From: Mobula hypostoma
Lineage: Eukaryota
NCBI RefSeq assembly: GCF_963921235.1
Contig: NC_086108.1
Span: 61,444,001 to 61,508,000, forward strand
Length of the DNA stretch: 64,000 nucleotides
Reading direction: 5' to 3'
The stretch's first letter is position 1. Every line of letters starts with the position of its first letter. A program made the position numbers and the translations under genes. Below are positions 1 through 12,405 of the stretch, in pieces. The notes beneath the pieces were generated by a model, which had not been told where the DNA came from, made no database searches, and saw nothing but the letters and a program-made list of their open reading frames with translations.

Positions 1-1264
1 TGTATCATTTCCCCGGTGCATTACTTCAGTCTTCTTGGTGTTGATGGTAAGCCCAAAATTGGTACATGCATCAGAAAACATGTCAACGCTGCACTGCATA
101 TCATCTTCTGAGTCAGCATTAAGGGCACAGTCATCAGCAAACAGGAGCTTTTCTGTTAGTACTGCACCTCCTTCCCCATGGGCCTCAGCTGGTATTGCAT
201 CTGATCCAGGAGCTTTGCTGCTAGAGAGCAGATGTATTGCTGCCTGTGTCTCTGCTAAGGTCAGTGGGACATCCAGTGCTTCCTTGACAGGTACTTGGGG
301 CAGGTGATTAGTGGCTTTGTCATTTATAGTCGAAGGATGATTCAGAACACTTTTAAAGTACTCAGCCCACCTATGAAGAGTTTTCTCTTTTTCCATGATC
401 AGTGTGTTCCCACGAGCACTAAGGAGAGGGGAAGATCCTGATGATGTGGGGCCATAGACTTCTTTTAGTGCAGTGTAGAAGTTCTTTAAATCATACTTAT
501 CTGCGTACATCTGGATCTCATCAGCTTTATTGCTCAACCAGGAATCCTGCATCAAGCACAGTTTGTGTTGAACAGTCTTTGATCTACTATTGAAGGCATC
601 CTTCTTTGAGATGGACTTAGGGTCACTGAGGAAAGCATTGTAGAGTCGATGTTTCTCATCCAGCAGTTGTTCGATGTTGACACAGTTTTCATCAAACCAG
701 TCCTTGTGCTTTCTGGTTGCAGGCCCCACAAACTCCGTAGCAGTGTTGTAGATCAGTTCTCAAAGGGTTGACCAAGCAGCTTCCACATTCTGATTGTCCG
801 GAGGGCAGGATTTTAAGTGGTCTTCCAGAGGGTCAACAAAAGACTGCTTTATGTTGCTGCTTACCAGCTTGGAGACATTCTGCTGTCTTGGGGCTTTCTT
901 TCCATGAGGGCGTCTCTTAGGCTGGATATGGATGTTCAGATTAGAAATGATGAGTCAATGGTCTATGCAGCATTCAGCACTGCACACAGATTTTGTCACC
1001 TTTACATCTTGCCCGTCTCTCTTCCTGACAATGATGTAGACAATTAGGTGCCAGTACTTAGAGCGGGGATGCATCCACGAAGTTCTGTTACAGGTGGGAA
1101 AGCAGAGACTGTGCTGGTGATTAACAATTCATGTTCAGCTCATGTCTGAAGTAGTAGAAGACTGTTGTACTTGCAGCGGCCAACACCATCATTCCCAATG
1201 ACCCCACCTCTGGAATTGATGTTAGAAGCTACTCTTGGGTTGAGATCACCAAGGATGATAAGTT

Positions 1265-1757
1265 CGAAGATGGGAGAATTTGTAGATGCTGGAAATCCAA
1301 GCAAACACACACAAAATGCTTGAGGAACTCAGCAGGCCAGGCAGCATCTATGGAAAAGAGTAAACAGTCAACGTTTCGGGCCAAGATCCTTCATCAGGAC
1401 TGAAAAATAAATGATGAGGAGTTAGAGCAAGAAGGTGAGGGGAGGGAAGGAAGTAGTACAAGGTGGTAGGTGATAGGGGAAACCAGGAGGGGGGAGGGGT
1501 GAAGTAAAGAGCTGGGAAGCTGATTGGTGAAAGAGATAAAGGGCTGGAGAAGGGGGAATCTGATAAGAGAGGATAGAAGACCATGGAAGGAAGAAAAGGA
1601 GAAGAGCATCAGAGGGAGGTGGTAAGCAAGTAAGGAGATAATGTGAGAGAGAGAAAAACAGGAATGGGAACGCTGAGGGGTCTCAACCCAAAATGTTGAC
1701 TGGTTACTCTTTTCCATAGATGCTGCATGGCCTGCTGAGTTCCTCCAGCATTTTGTG
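1265..1757. mobile_element. Penelope-like pseudo-LTR foldback insertion
   Basis: Inverted ends (cacaaaatgct..gaggaactcagcaggcca..gcagcatctatggaaaagagt and its reverse complement at 1707-1757). 14-bp TSD aag(g/a)atgataagtt at 1251-1264 and 1758-1771. Confidence 0.85.
1365..1402 (-). ncRNA. minimal type I hammerhead ribozyme motif in PLE pLTR
   Basis: Minus strand reads CAGTC-CTGATGA-A-GGAT-CTTG-GCCC-GAAAC-GTT-GACTG. 5-bp stem I and core boxes intact; one mismatch in stem II. Confidence 0.7.
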
Positions 1758-2278
1758 AAGAATGATAAGTTTGTCCACTATGGGGACAGTTGCAATAACT
1801 GAATGCAGTTCTTCATAGAATTTATCCTTGACATGATTTGGGTTGGTCATGGTTGGGGCATAAACGCTGACGATGGTGACAAGCTTCCTCCCATGCAACA
1901 GGGGGAGTTTCATGGTCATACACACTCTTTGGATGTCCAGCAAGCTTGCCCGGTATCTCCATTTTCTCTGCAAATCTAACCACATCAGTCTTGATTTCCT
2001 CTTTCACTCAAAAGAATATGTATCCCATGCTCCTTTCACAAATGTGGCCCTCTCCTGCAAGCTGGGTGTCACCAGGGCTGTTATATGGAGGTTATAGTAG
2101 GATAACTCTTGCCCTATTAAAGCAGTTCTCCTCTGAGGTTCTGTCAGCATTGACTCTGTCCAACAGTGTATGCACATTCCATGCATTGAGGAATATTCTT
2201 TAATTTTCTCCTCGATGTATTTTGACGGCTGTGATAGGGTTCCCACCAGACCAGCTGCAGTAAACTGACAAGGGAAAG

Positions 2279-2554
2279 AATGGAGCCGGCAATGTTTTGG
2301 GCATTTTTTCTAGACTCTTGCTCATACCGGTGAGCAGTGCATTCCTGACGAGGGCTGCTTAGTCACTCAGAATGGAGCAGGCAATGTTTTGGGCATTTTT
2401 TCTAGACTCTTGCTCATATCGGTGAGCAGTGCATTCCTGACGAGGGCTGCTTAGTCACTCAGAATGGAGCAGGCAATGTTTTGGGCATTTTTTCTAGACT
2501 CTTGCTCATACCGGTGAGCAGTGCATTCCTGACGAGGACTGCTGAGTCACTCAG
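2279..2554. repeat. 92-bp unit tandem triplication within the RTE 5' region
   Basis: aatggagc..ggcaatgttttgggcatttttt..agtcactcag starts at 2279, 2371 and 2463, with only a few substitutions. Confidence 0.95.
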
Positions 2555-3044
2555 GTGGTTGCTGAAGACCACTGCTGCCCTATGTCAGTGGATAACGACC
2601 CTACGATGGGACAGATGGATGACAAGAGTGACTTGGGCAAAGACTTAGCTTAAAGTGAGGAGGAATTATGGGGCGTTGATCTCGTCTGAGCCTTTCTCTA
2701 TCAAGATGAGTCAAGATGACTGGCGATGGAGTCAGATACAGTGGGTGAGCATGATGTCCTTAGTGCCTCATCATGCTTTAAGTGTCCCACAGCTAGTTCC
2801 TGCATGTTGAGTCAAACTAGTGGTTACCTCTGTGCAGTGCCAGGTCCAAACTTCACTGGGTAAACCCTCACTTGGTTTAGCCCACCCATCGCAGCGGTTA
2901 ACCAGGGTGTGACCACTGTCACTAGCAAACAGCTGCTTGGTGCCACAGGTGAGAGCTGAGTGCCAAGAGAGGACAAATGGTGGACAAGCTACTCCCAAGG
3001 AAGCGTGACATTCCTGTCCCTTCAGAGAAAGTACCCCTCCCTGA

Positions 3045-3625
3045 CCTCCATGGTAGAGATATCGAACACTAGTGGTTGTGAGTTTAAGTTAAGAGGAAGA
3101 AATTTTAAAGGGGATCTGAACCATGCTGTAAGACCATACTAACTAATGGCAAAAACAGTTTCAAGATTCAACATTACTTATTGTCATTCTTCTATACAAG
3201 AGTGTGAAGACCAAAATGATTGTTACTCCAGATAAGATGCAGAATAAACAATACACAATAAACATAAAGAACACAATAAAAACACAGTAAATATAATAAT
3301 AAACACAATCCTATAAAATATTATGTAGAAATAACTGATATACACATATGCACAAAAAGTGATGCCAGTTGATGTGTATGCAATGGTGGTGGTGGTTGTG
3401 GGGGGGTGGTTAATGGGCGGAGGTATTGATCAGTCTGATGGCTTGGTGGAAGTAACTATTTTGAAGTCTAGTGGTCCTGGTCTGGATACAATTACTATGA
3501 CACTTTTTAAAGAGTCAAGGTACAGCCTAATGTGGGCAGATGCAATGACAGGAGGTGGGTAAACAGGTCAGCATGGATCTGGTGGGCTGAATGGCCTATT
3601 TCTGGGCTGTAAACTCAATGGTCTG
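3045..3625. mobile_element. CR1 3' fragment (+) interrupted by a Rex1/Babar-type 3' fragment (-, ~3160-3490)
   Basis: CR1-like TSGCEFKLRGRNFKGDL and a gggctgaatggcctatttct tail. The middle part resembles 39915-40270. Confidence 0.55.
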
Positions 3626-4031
3626 TTTACATAAAAAAGACGTTCCAGTGCTCAGACCCGTGGAATGTGTTTTGCTGCAAAAGCCTGACATGAGGATGAT
3701 AGACCAGCAACATGATTCAGTCCGCCACCTGTCTCAAAAATAAAATGCCAAGAAGAAAGAAAGCAAATCCTTTTATTCAAACTCCAGAAAAATAATAAAA
3801 TGCTTGGAATTACTGTATTTCTCAGTTCATCAAATCAGGTAAGAGCTCAATTGTACACCCACAAATATGGGAGTAAATTTATGGGAGTCATGGCACTGGA
3901 GTGACAAAATCAGGATACATGATAACTGTTTCAGCAGCTCACTGAACTGTGATAAACAGGAAGTTTTAAATCGCAGATAAAATTGCCCACGATATGGTAA
4001 CTCATTAGAGGGGTGGGTCAGAATCAAATAC

Positions 4032-4094
4032 CTTCACTGTGGTGGAGCAGGGCTGCTCTTCAGGGAATTGAGTTAAGGTTCGTTTTAGCTCCAT
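4032..4094 (-). CDS. candidate short start-codon exon MELKRTLTQFPEEQPCSTTVK, host gene unidentified
   Basis: ATG at 4094, 21 open codons, phase-0 donor AAG|GTATTT, in non-repetitive sequence. No homologue recognised. Confidence 0.2.
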
Positions 4095-4379
4095 AGAGAC
4101 TATTATTCAGCAACTAAACCTCAGGTAATCTAATGTTCCATGATACTGACAATATGACTCAAAATGTAAAATATTTCATTTCCAGCACAAGAATCCCTCA
4201 TCTTAAGAGAAATAATTCAAAATGAAATGTAATGAAAGAAATGTCAATTCCACTTCACTGCTTACAGTTTGATTCTGCAGCTAGAGGTAAAAGACCAATG
4301 TTTTCACATATGACATCGCTCAGATTCTGTGGTGCGTTAACATATTGAGATTCTGGCTCCAGGGGAAGTTTCCCTGCAG

Positions 4380-4805
4380 ACATAAGACCATAAGACATAG
4401 GAGAAGAATTAGACTGTTTGGCCCATTGAATCTATTCTGCCATTTTATCTTGGCAGATCGATTTCCCTTTCAACTCCATTCTCCTGCCTTCTCCCCATTC
4501 CCTTTCACTCCCTGACTACTCAAGAACCTAACAACCTCTGCCTTAAAAACACCCAATGATCTGGCTTCCACAGCCACATGTGGCAATGAATTCCACAGAT
4601 TCACCACCCTCTGGCTAAAGAAATTTCTGCTCATCTCTGTTCTAAATGGATGTCCCAAGACTCCCCCACCATAGGAAACATTCTCCACAACCACATTAGC
4701 TAGGTCTTTCAACATTCAATAGGTTTCAATGAGATTCCGCCCCCCCCATTCTTCTAAGTTCCAGTGAGTAAAGACCCAGAGCCATCAATCACTCCTTGTA
4801 TGACA
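4380..4805 (-). mobile_element. CR1 LINE 3' fragment
   Basis: ORF 4470-4715 gives FRTEMSRNFFSQRVVNLWNSLP; (cataagac)n-type tail at the left end. Confidence 0.9.
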
Positions 4806-6199
4806 CCATCACATATTAAAAACTGTGATGATGAGCGCTGGAAAGTTATGTTGAATTAGTACAATTAGAATGAAAAATAAGGAATTTACCTCCAAACTGA
4901 AGTTCCCACATGCTGCTTCCAATCTTTTTGTGCTATTAATTTAACTCTCATTAAAACTCCTTCAAAGCAGCTAGGAGTTATTGCCAAACACAGGGTAAAT
5001 TGAAATTATTATAAGTTGGTCCAAAAACTATTCAATGCACTTCTGTCTTTCACCAGAATTAATTCATGAATACTCAACACGTGATTTTATTTCCATCTAT
5101 TCCAGTTAAGTTCAGCGTCACCTCTAAAATGTTGTTCTCCATGGTTGTGCTTGTGCTGGAGAAGTAGCAATGGTTCATATCAGAATTTCTCACTGTTTTT
5201 CCTGTCTAATTGCTGTACATAACTGGCAAGAAGAAGTCATTACACCTGTTAAACATCTTTATATGTGTGGAGTAAAGCATGCTGTAACCATGTGCTTGTT
5301 TTACTTTGTGCCATTTTGGTGCCTTAAAATTTTTTTCATGCTGAGCCAGTTCTAGATTTCCACTAATTCAAAGGAAGTTAAACAAAAAGCATGCAAATTG
5401 TAGAATCAAGGCCCATGGGCACAACCATTGTCAAGAAAATATGGGAGATAACAAAATATACACCATTCCTTCACTTCAAGGAAGCAAGGAGATAGTGGAT
5501 TTGCAGAAGTTCTATCGCTTCACAGGGAGCGATAATCCATGGAATGGCATTCTGAAAAGGACAGTGAGAAATGATTCCTCTGCACCTTTCAAGAACATAT
5601 TATTTACATTTCTGGAAAAACACAAAGCTGCAGGAGTAGAAACGTAATCAAAGTGATAGCCAATAGTCAGGGCCTCTTGAGGTTTACGATTGTTTGTGAG
5701 GAGTCAGAGGGGAATTGTTGGCAATGTTAACTGTGAGTTATTGTTTATTTTTCTTCTGGCAGATTGTGAGGAGAGAAGGAAGATTGAGACTACTCCAGTA
5801 GAACATGGAGAGAGGGGTACATCAAGATAGAGGTGGGATTAATCGACTGTAAATACTTGACAAACTTGTAACACTTGATGTACAAAATAGTTTAGATTTT
5901 AAAAAAAAGAGCCACATGCTGCAAGTACTCAGATCAGGCAGTGCCTATGGAATGAGAAAGAGAGAATCAAGGTGAAAGATCATGGACCTTCTGACTTTTC
6001 CAGCATTTTCGATTCTGATTTGAGATTTCCAGGCCCAGCAGCACTTTGCTTTGGACCTTAGCTGAGAAATCTGAATCCATTTCCTTTTTATACATGTGTT
6101 TAATATAGGCTAGTTCTTGATTTGCCATTGCTCACATTAAATTGGGAGCCATATTAACAGGAAGTCACATGATGTTGGGAATAGAAAATGATGTCTAAG

Positions 6200-7170
6200 G
6201 CATACATAGCATATGTTCTCTATTCTAAATGTCACAAAATTTATCTTTTACCAAAGATGAAGAAGCATTCTAAAAGGACGATCAGGCAACTGTGGTGGAC
6301 AAGTGAAGTCAAAGACAGCATAAAATGAAAAGAGGGGGCATAAAATACAGCAAAATTTAGTGGAGTTGGAGGACTGAGAAGTTTATAAAAACAAACAGTA
6401 GGCCTTTGACAAGGTGCCACACATGAGGCTGCTTAACAAGAAAGAGTCCATGGTATTACAGGAAAGATATTAGCATGGATAGAAGATTGGCTGACTGGGT
6501 CTTTTCTAGTTGGTTGCCAGTGACCAGTGCTGTTCCGCAGGGGTCAGTGTTGGGATGGCTTTTCATGTTATATGTAAATGATTTGAATAACGGAATTGAT
6601 GGCTTTGTAGCCAAGCTTGTGGACAATACAAAGTTAGGTGGAAGGGCATAGAGTGTTGAGGAAGTAGGGAATCTGCAGAAGAACTTTGACAGATTAGGAG
6701 TATGGGCAAAGAAGTGGCAGGTGGAATATACAGTAGGGAAGTGTATGGCCATGTACTTTAGTAGAAGGAATAAAGGCATAGATTTTTATAAATAGGGATA
6801 AAAAAGATGTCATGCTGAGACTTTATAAGGCATTGGTCAGACTGCATTTGGAGTTTTGCATGCAGCTTTGGGCTTCTTATCTTGAAAAAGGTGTGCTAGT
6901 ATTGGAGATGGTTCAGATGAGGTTCACAAGAATGATGCTGGGAATAAAAGGGTTAATATGTGAGGACTGTCTGATGGCTCTGGGCCTGTACTCACTGGAG
7001 TTCAGAAAAATGGGCGGGGGGGTGGTGGATCTTATGGAAATCTATCGAATACTGAAAGGCCTAGACCGAGAGGATGTGGACAGGATGTTTCCTATAGTGA
7101 ATGAGTCTACGACCATAGGGCACAGCCTCAGAGTAGAGGGAAGTCCATTTAGAGCAGAGATGAGGAGGAT
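6200..7170 (+). mobile_element. CR1 LINE, degenerate RT region with internal deletions
   Basis: AFDKVPH, PQGSVLG and LRLYKALVRLHLEFCMQLW motifs. Confidence 0.88.
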
Positions 7171-7806
7171 GCAACAGTGTGCTTTTGTTTTAGATTGTTA
7201 TTGACGTACATATCCAGTTAGAAATGACTACAGAGAATATCTTTCTGCAGCAAACCATACTAATCTACACCTGATGCCAATACTTGTTGCCCAAAATGGG
7301 ATATGTTCCACTTGCAGAACACCCTTGATAGGCATAAATTTTCCATAAAGATCAGTGACTAGTGACCTTAAATCAACCAAGAAATTAGCACTTGGAGGTT
7401 TTCCTGCATTGAAAATAAGGGCAATTTTGCATGAAAATAATGTCCTGTTTTCAAAACCATGTATGGAATTGTTCATTACTTCCGCCTTTCTATGTAAGAT
7501 TTTTGACTGCCAGGTGACGACAATTACCAGTTTATCCATGTCAGGATTCCAGGAGTGGATTGTTTAAAAGGTACATATTGAACAAGAAATAAGCAGATAT
7601 ACTGCAAATCTTAAAAATCCTGTTGAATACATACAGCTAAAGAATTTGACTGGAGCACTACAGAATGCAGCTGATGTTTACCAGCTCCTAAATCACAGAA
7701 ATCTCTTTCCCTCTGTGAGCTGCACAGACAAACAGTTTGAACAGTTAACAGGATTACATTAATGCATTTAAACAAATGTCTCAGTTGAAAAAGGACACAC
7801 ACTTAC

Positions 7807-7985
7807 ATCACCCATGATGCAACAATGGCAGCAAACAGGCACAATCTAGATTGTATTCTTCATCCACTCACAACAATGTCACACCGTGGAGCTCCTGCAA
7901 GAACCATTTCCAAGCTTTTTAAAGAATGAGGCACCCAGCCAATCCATCACACATTGTCTGCTGGTGATAGACTCCCGGACAAGAG
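7807..7985 (-). other. candidate 179-nt exon (5'UTR plus ATG GGT GAT = MGD) of an unidentified host gene
   Basis: Minus-strand acceptor cttttcattgtttttgctag|, donor GAT|gtaagt, and Kozak-like atcATGg nine nt before the donor. All three frames have upstream stops, which is UTR-like. Confidence 0.35.
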
Positions 7986-8679
7986 CTAGCAAAAACAATG
8001 AAAAGCAGGAAGCATGAAAATGAGTGAAGCAATGCTGTCAATAGTCTGATCTGAAGGACTGTGAGACTGTGATTGGAATTCTGAATCAAGGTTCCCACAA
8101 TACGTCATTTTATGAGAGCTCTCCACGGTATATCAGCTAGGAATGCTTACGGCACTGAGCCTAGCTGCCTTTGCTCTCCAGCCTCAGTTTATTGCTGCGC
8201 TGATTAATACACAGCAGTGGCCATAAAATAATCTGTGTTCAAGTAAAGGAATTGCTTCAGTTATAGCATATCACTGGGGGTGCTATCTGTCAGTTAGAAT
8301 TTAATCATTGCCCATTCTTGGAGGGGTCACAGCAGCAAGCTCTGGTGAGATCGATGAATCTGGCAGTAAAGCATTTCAATCAGCACACACCACCATTTAG
8401 TACCAGAGTTATGCCATTAGCTCAGTAGTGAGAGGAGTAAGCAGCATCAATCCCCCCCACCACCCCATGACATTTCACCTCACATGCTTACTAATGAAAT
8501 TAGTTCTATTCAGCTATCCTTCATGCACCATTGGCTGGATGAGCTGAGAATTGAAATTTGATTGGAACAGAAGAACTGCAAAGTAATGGTTTGCTTAGTT
8601 TCATATTTGGTGTTTTAAGTAGTGCCGAGTCACAAGCCTGGATCTCGGGGGGATTTCTGGTTGCAGTGGGTGGTTTGTG

Positions 8680-11420
8680 GCATCAGTTAGTCTCGCGAGA
8701 CCATGGATCTGCGCCTGTAAAGTCTTGCTTCAGTCTGTGTTGGTAGAGCAGCGTCTGTTGTGGCTGTAGAGGCCCACATGGGAGTGACAGTCTCGGCTGC
8801 AGCGACTGCACTTGAAGGCACTGTCCTCCAGTGTTGTCTTGGTGCTGTTTTTCCAACGAGTGCGCTTTTCTTCAGCAGCAAGCCTCAGCTTCTCTTCTCC
8901 TCTTTTTAGACCTCTGCATAGTTCCAGCCTCCAGCGAGAGTGATCGCTTGCGATGTCCTCCAACTTCTCGACATTCATGTTTAGTGACTTTACGTTTCTC
9001 TTGCAGACATCTTTGAAAAGAAGACGGGGCCACCCTTGTGCTTTCTTGCCGGAGGCCAGCTCCACATACAGCAGGTCTTTTGGGATCCTCCTGACTGACA
9101 TGCGGTGTACGTGGCCCAGCCAGTGGAGACAGCGTTATTGGAGCAGAGTGATGAGGCTGGGTATCTGGGCGCGGGCCAGGACCTCATTGTTGGTGACTCG
9201 GTCAGTCTACGTGATGTCCAGGATGCGTCTCAGGCTGCGAAGGTGGAAGGCATTGAGACGCCGCTCTTGTCTGTAGTAGAAGCTCCAGGTCTCGCTGCGG
9301 TAAAGCAGTGTGCTGAGGATGCAGGCCCTGTAGACTGCAACTTTGGTGTGTGTTGTCAGCTTTCTGTTCTCCCAGACTCTCTTTGTCAGCCTGGTGAATG
9401 TTGAGGCTGCTCGTCCGATCCGTCTGTTGATCTCGGGGTCTAGGGAGAGGCTGTCCGTGATGGTGGAGCCAAGGTATGTAAACTCGTGAACTACCTTCAG
9501 CTCGTAGTTGTTGATGGCAATGGCGGGGGTGGGGGGGGGGTGCTCAACGCCTTGGCCCAACACGTTGGTTTTCTTCAGGCTGATGGTCAAGCTGAAGTCC
9601 TGGCAGGCTCTTGAGAAGCTGTCCATGAGGCATTGCAGTTGCTCTTCAGAGTGTGTTGCCAGTGCCGCATCGTCTGTAAACAGCATGTCCCTTAAGAAAA
9701 CTTCACAAACCTTGGTTTTCGCCCTCAGCCGGGACAGTCTGAACAGCCTCCCATCCAATCTGGTGTGGAGGTAGACACCATCAGTTGATGTTCCAAAGGC
9801 GTGCTTCAGCATGACTGCGAAGAAGATGCTGAACAGGGTGGGGGCAAGCACACAACCCTGCTTCACACCGCTGCGGATGTTGAAGGCCTCTGAAAAACAG
9901 CCGTCGAACTGAACGACGCCCTTCATGTCTGTGTGGAATGACTGAACTATCCTGAGGAGCCTTGGGGGAACCCAATCCTGGTGAGGATTTTGAACAGGTC
10001 GTCTCTGCTCACGAGGTCGAAGGCCTTCGTAAGGTCAATGAAAGCAACGTAGAGTGGTTGCCTTTGCTCTCTGCATTTCTCTTGCAGCTGTCGAAAGGAG
10101 AAGATCATGTCGATTGTGAAGCGTTTTGACCCGAAACCGCACTGAGACTCGGGATATATCCTTTCGGCTATTTCCTGCAGTCTGTTCAGGACCACGCGGG
10201 CGAAGACCTTCCCAACGATGCTCAGCAAGGAGATTCCCCTGAAGTTGTTACAGTCGCTTCTGTCCCCTTTGTTCTTATATATGGTGACAATGTTGCAGTC
10301 TCTCATGTCTTGTGGCATTGCTCCCTCTATCCAGCACTGGCACAGTAGTTTGTGCAGGTGGTTTAGCATGACGCTCTTTGTGCATTTATAACCATATAAC
10401 CATATAACAATTACAGCATGGAAACAGGCCATCTCGGCCCTTCTAGTCAATGCCGAACCCTTACTCTCACCTAGTCCCACCGACCTGCACTCGGCCCATA
10501 ACCCTCCATTCCTTTCCTGTCCATATACCTATCCAATTTAACTTTAAACGACAACATCGAACCTGCCTCAACCACTTCTGCTGGAAGCTCGTTCCACAGA
10601 GCTACCACTCTCTGAGTAAAGAAGCTCCCCCTCATGTTACCCCTAAACTTTTGCCCTTTAACTCTCAACTCATGTCCTCTTGTTTGAATCTCCCCCACTC
10701 TCAATGGAAAAAGCCTATCCACGTCAACTCTATCAATCCCCCTCATAATTTTAAACACCTCCATCAAGTCCCCCCTCAACCTTCTATGCTCCAAAAAATA
10801 AAGACCTAACTTGTTCAACCTTTCTCTGTAACTTAGGAGATGAAACCCAGGCAACATTTTAGTAAACCTCCTCTGTACACTCTCAATTTTATTGACATCT
10901 TTCCTATAATTCGGTGACCAGAACTGTACACAATACTCCAAATCTGGCCTTACCTATGCCTTATAGAATTTCAACATTACATCCCAACTCCTATACTCAA
11001 TGCTCTGATTAATAAAAGCCAGCATACCAAAAGCTTTCACCACCACCCTATCCATGTGAGATTCCACCTTTAGGGAACTCTGGTGGAATGCCATCCAATC
11101 CTGGTGCCTTCCCACTGGGCAGGCTGTCGATGGCTTTTTGGCAGCTCTTTGGCAGTCGGCAATGCATCAAGTTCCTCCATGACAGGCAGGTATTCCACGA
11201 CGTCTAGCGTGCTATTCAAGATGCTGTTTTCTCTGGAGAAGAGTTCAGAGTAATGTTCCACCCATCTCTCCATCTGCTTGCCTTTGTCACTGATGGTCTC
11301 GCCTGTTATGGTTTTCAATGGTGCTGTCTTGCTCTGGGTTGGCTCGATGGCTTTCTTGATCTCCTCGTACACTTCACGGATGTTGCATGTGTCAAATGAT
11401 GACTGAGTGCTTTCGCAATG
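8680..11420 (-). mobile_element. RTE-clade LINE, 5'-truncated, RT to 3' end, lightly frameshifted
   Basis: ORFs 11070-11372, 9947-10480, 9207-9926 (GVKQGCVLAPTLF, LFTDDAAL) and 8730-9101 (C-terminal CxxC..H..H). Split by a CR1 insertion. Confidence 0.93.
10388..11075 (-). mobile_element. young CR1 3' fragment inserted in the RTE
   Basis: Uninterrupted ORF 10471-10941 (EYCVQFWSP..FFTQRVVALWNELP); (taaccata)n tail. Confidence 0.93.
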
Positions 11421-12077
11421 GGCAGTAATACCTCAAAAATCAAGGTGAGCCACGGAGTACTCCGATCACACCCCTGATCTGCCTGCCGGCATTCCTGTGG
11501 GGGATTTGAAATGGAATGTCCAAAAATCTCCCACAGGCAACAGCCTACTCGTATGTAGTAAGTCGCTGGCATTGCCATCTCCAAAGGTGCACTTTGGAGG
11601 TATCAATCACATAGAGGGTGTAGCATTCAAACTCTGCACGTTGCTGCCAGGTGTTCATCAGGTTCACAGGTAATCTTCAGAAGGAACTGCTACTGGCTAC
11701 TCTGCAAAGAAAACATGACTACGGACTTTTAGAAAGGCAAATGGGCATAAATATTTCTGCAAGTCCAACAAAAATGTTCTGGCTCATCCACACCTCTGCC
11801 TACTGGCTCTACCACCATTCTATCATGCTAGTTTGGGGTCGGTTTCACTTCCCACAACAAACGGTTGATAAAATTTAGAACTGTTTCAAAGCATCACTGG
11901 TAGCAAAGATTTTATTTTCTTATCCCTTCAAGGGTTGCTGGCTAGACTAACATTTATTGCTTAAATATGTGTCCCTTTGCTAAGCTATTCCACCAAGCAA
12001 CTGTGAATAAACTAGCAACACACATCAAAGTTGCTGGTGAACGCAGCAGGCCAGGCAGCATCTATAGGAAGAGGCGC

Positions 12078-12113
12078 AGTCGACGTTTCAGGCCGAGACC
12101 CTTCGTCAGGACT
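12078..12113 (-). ncRNA. minimal type I hammerhead ribozyme motif
   Basis: AGTC-CTGACGA-A-GGGT-CTCG-GCCT-GAAAC-GTC-GACT; GUC cleavage triplet. Confidence 0.8.
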
Positions 12114-12405
12114 AACTGAAGGAAGAGTGAGTAAGGGATTTGAAAGCTGGAGGAGGAGGGGGAGATGCAAAATGATAGGAGAAGACAGGAGGGGGAGGGA
12201 TGGAGCCAAGAGCTGGACAGGTGATAGGCAGAAGGGGATACGAGAGGATCATGGGACAGGAGGTCCGGGAAGAAAGACGGGGGGAGGTGACCCAGAGGAT
12301 GGGCAAGAGGTATATTCAGAGGGACAGAGGGAGAAAAAGGAGAGTGAGAGAAAGAATGTGTGCATAAAAAAGAGTAACAGATGGGGTACGAGGGGGAGGT
12401 GGGGC

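Larger units (their letters stand above)
1..3050 (-). mobile_element. RTE-clade (BovB-like) LINE, 5' half: 5'UTR, APE endonuclease and internally deleted RT; degenerate, runs off the left edge
   Basis: ORF 1704-1985 gives VTIVSVYAPTMTNPNHVKDKFYEEL (APE). Minus-strand reading near 125-215 gives LFADDCAL and APGSDAIPAE. Interrupted by a PLE insertion at 1265-1757. Confidence 0.85.

Noticed and set aside
2344..2370. ctgacgag (CUGANGA box) within the 92-bp repeat
   Set aside because: No GAAA box or NUH site at a suitable spacing; not a hammerhead.
5441..5647. Short non-TE ORFs (also 16342-16548, 42326-42580, 43031-43222)
   Set aside because: No recognisable domains or splice context; lengths expected by chance.
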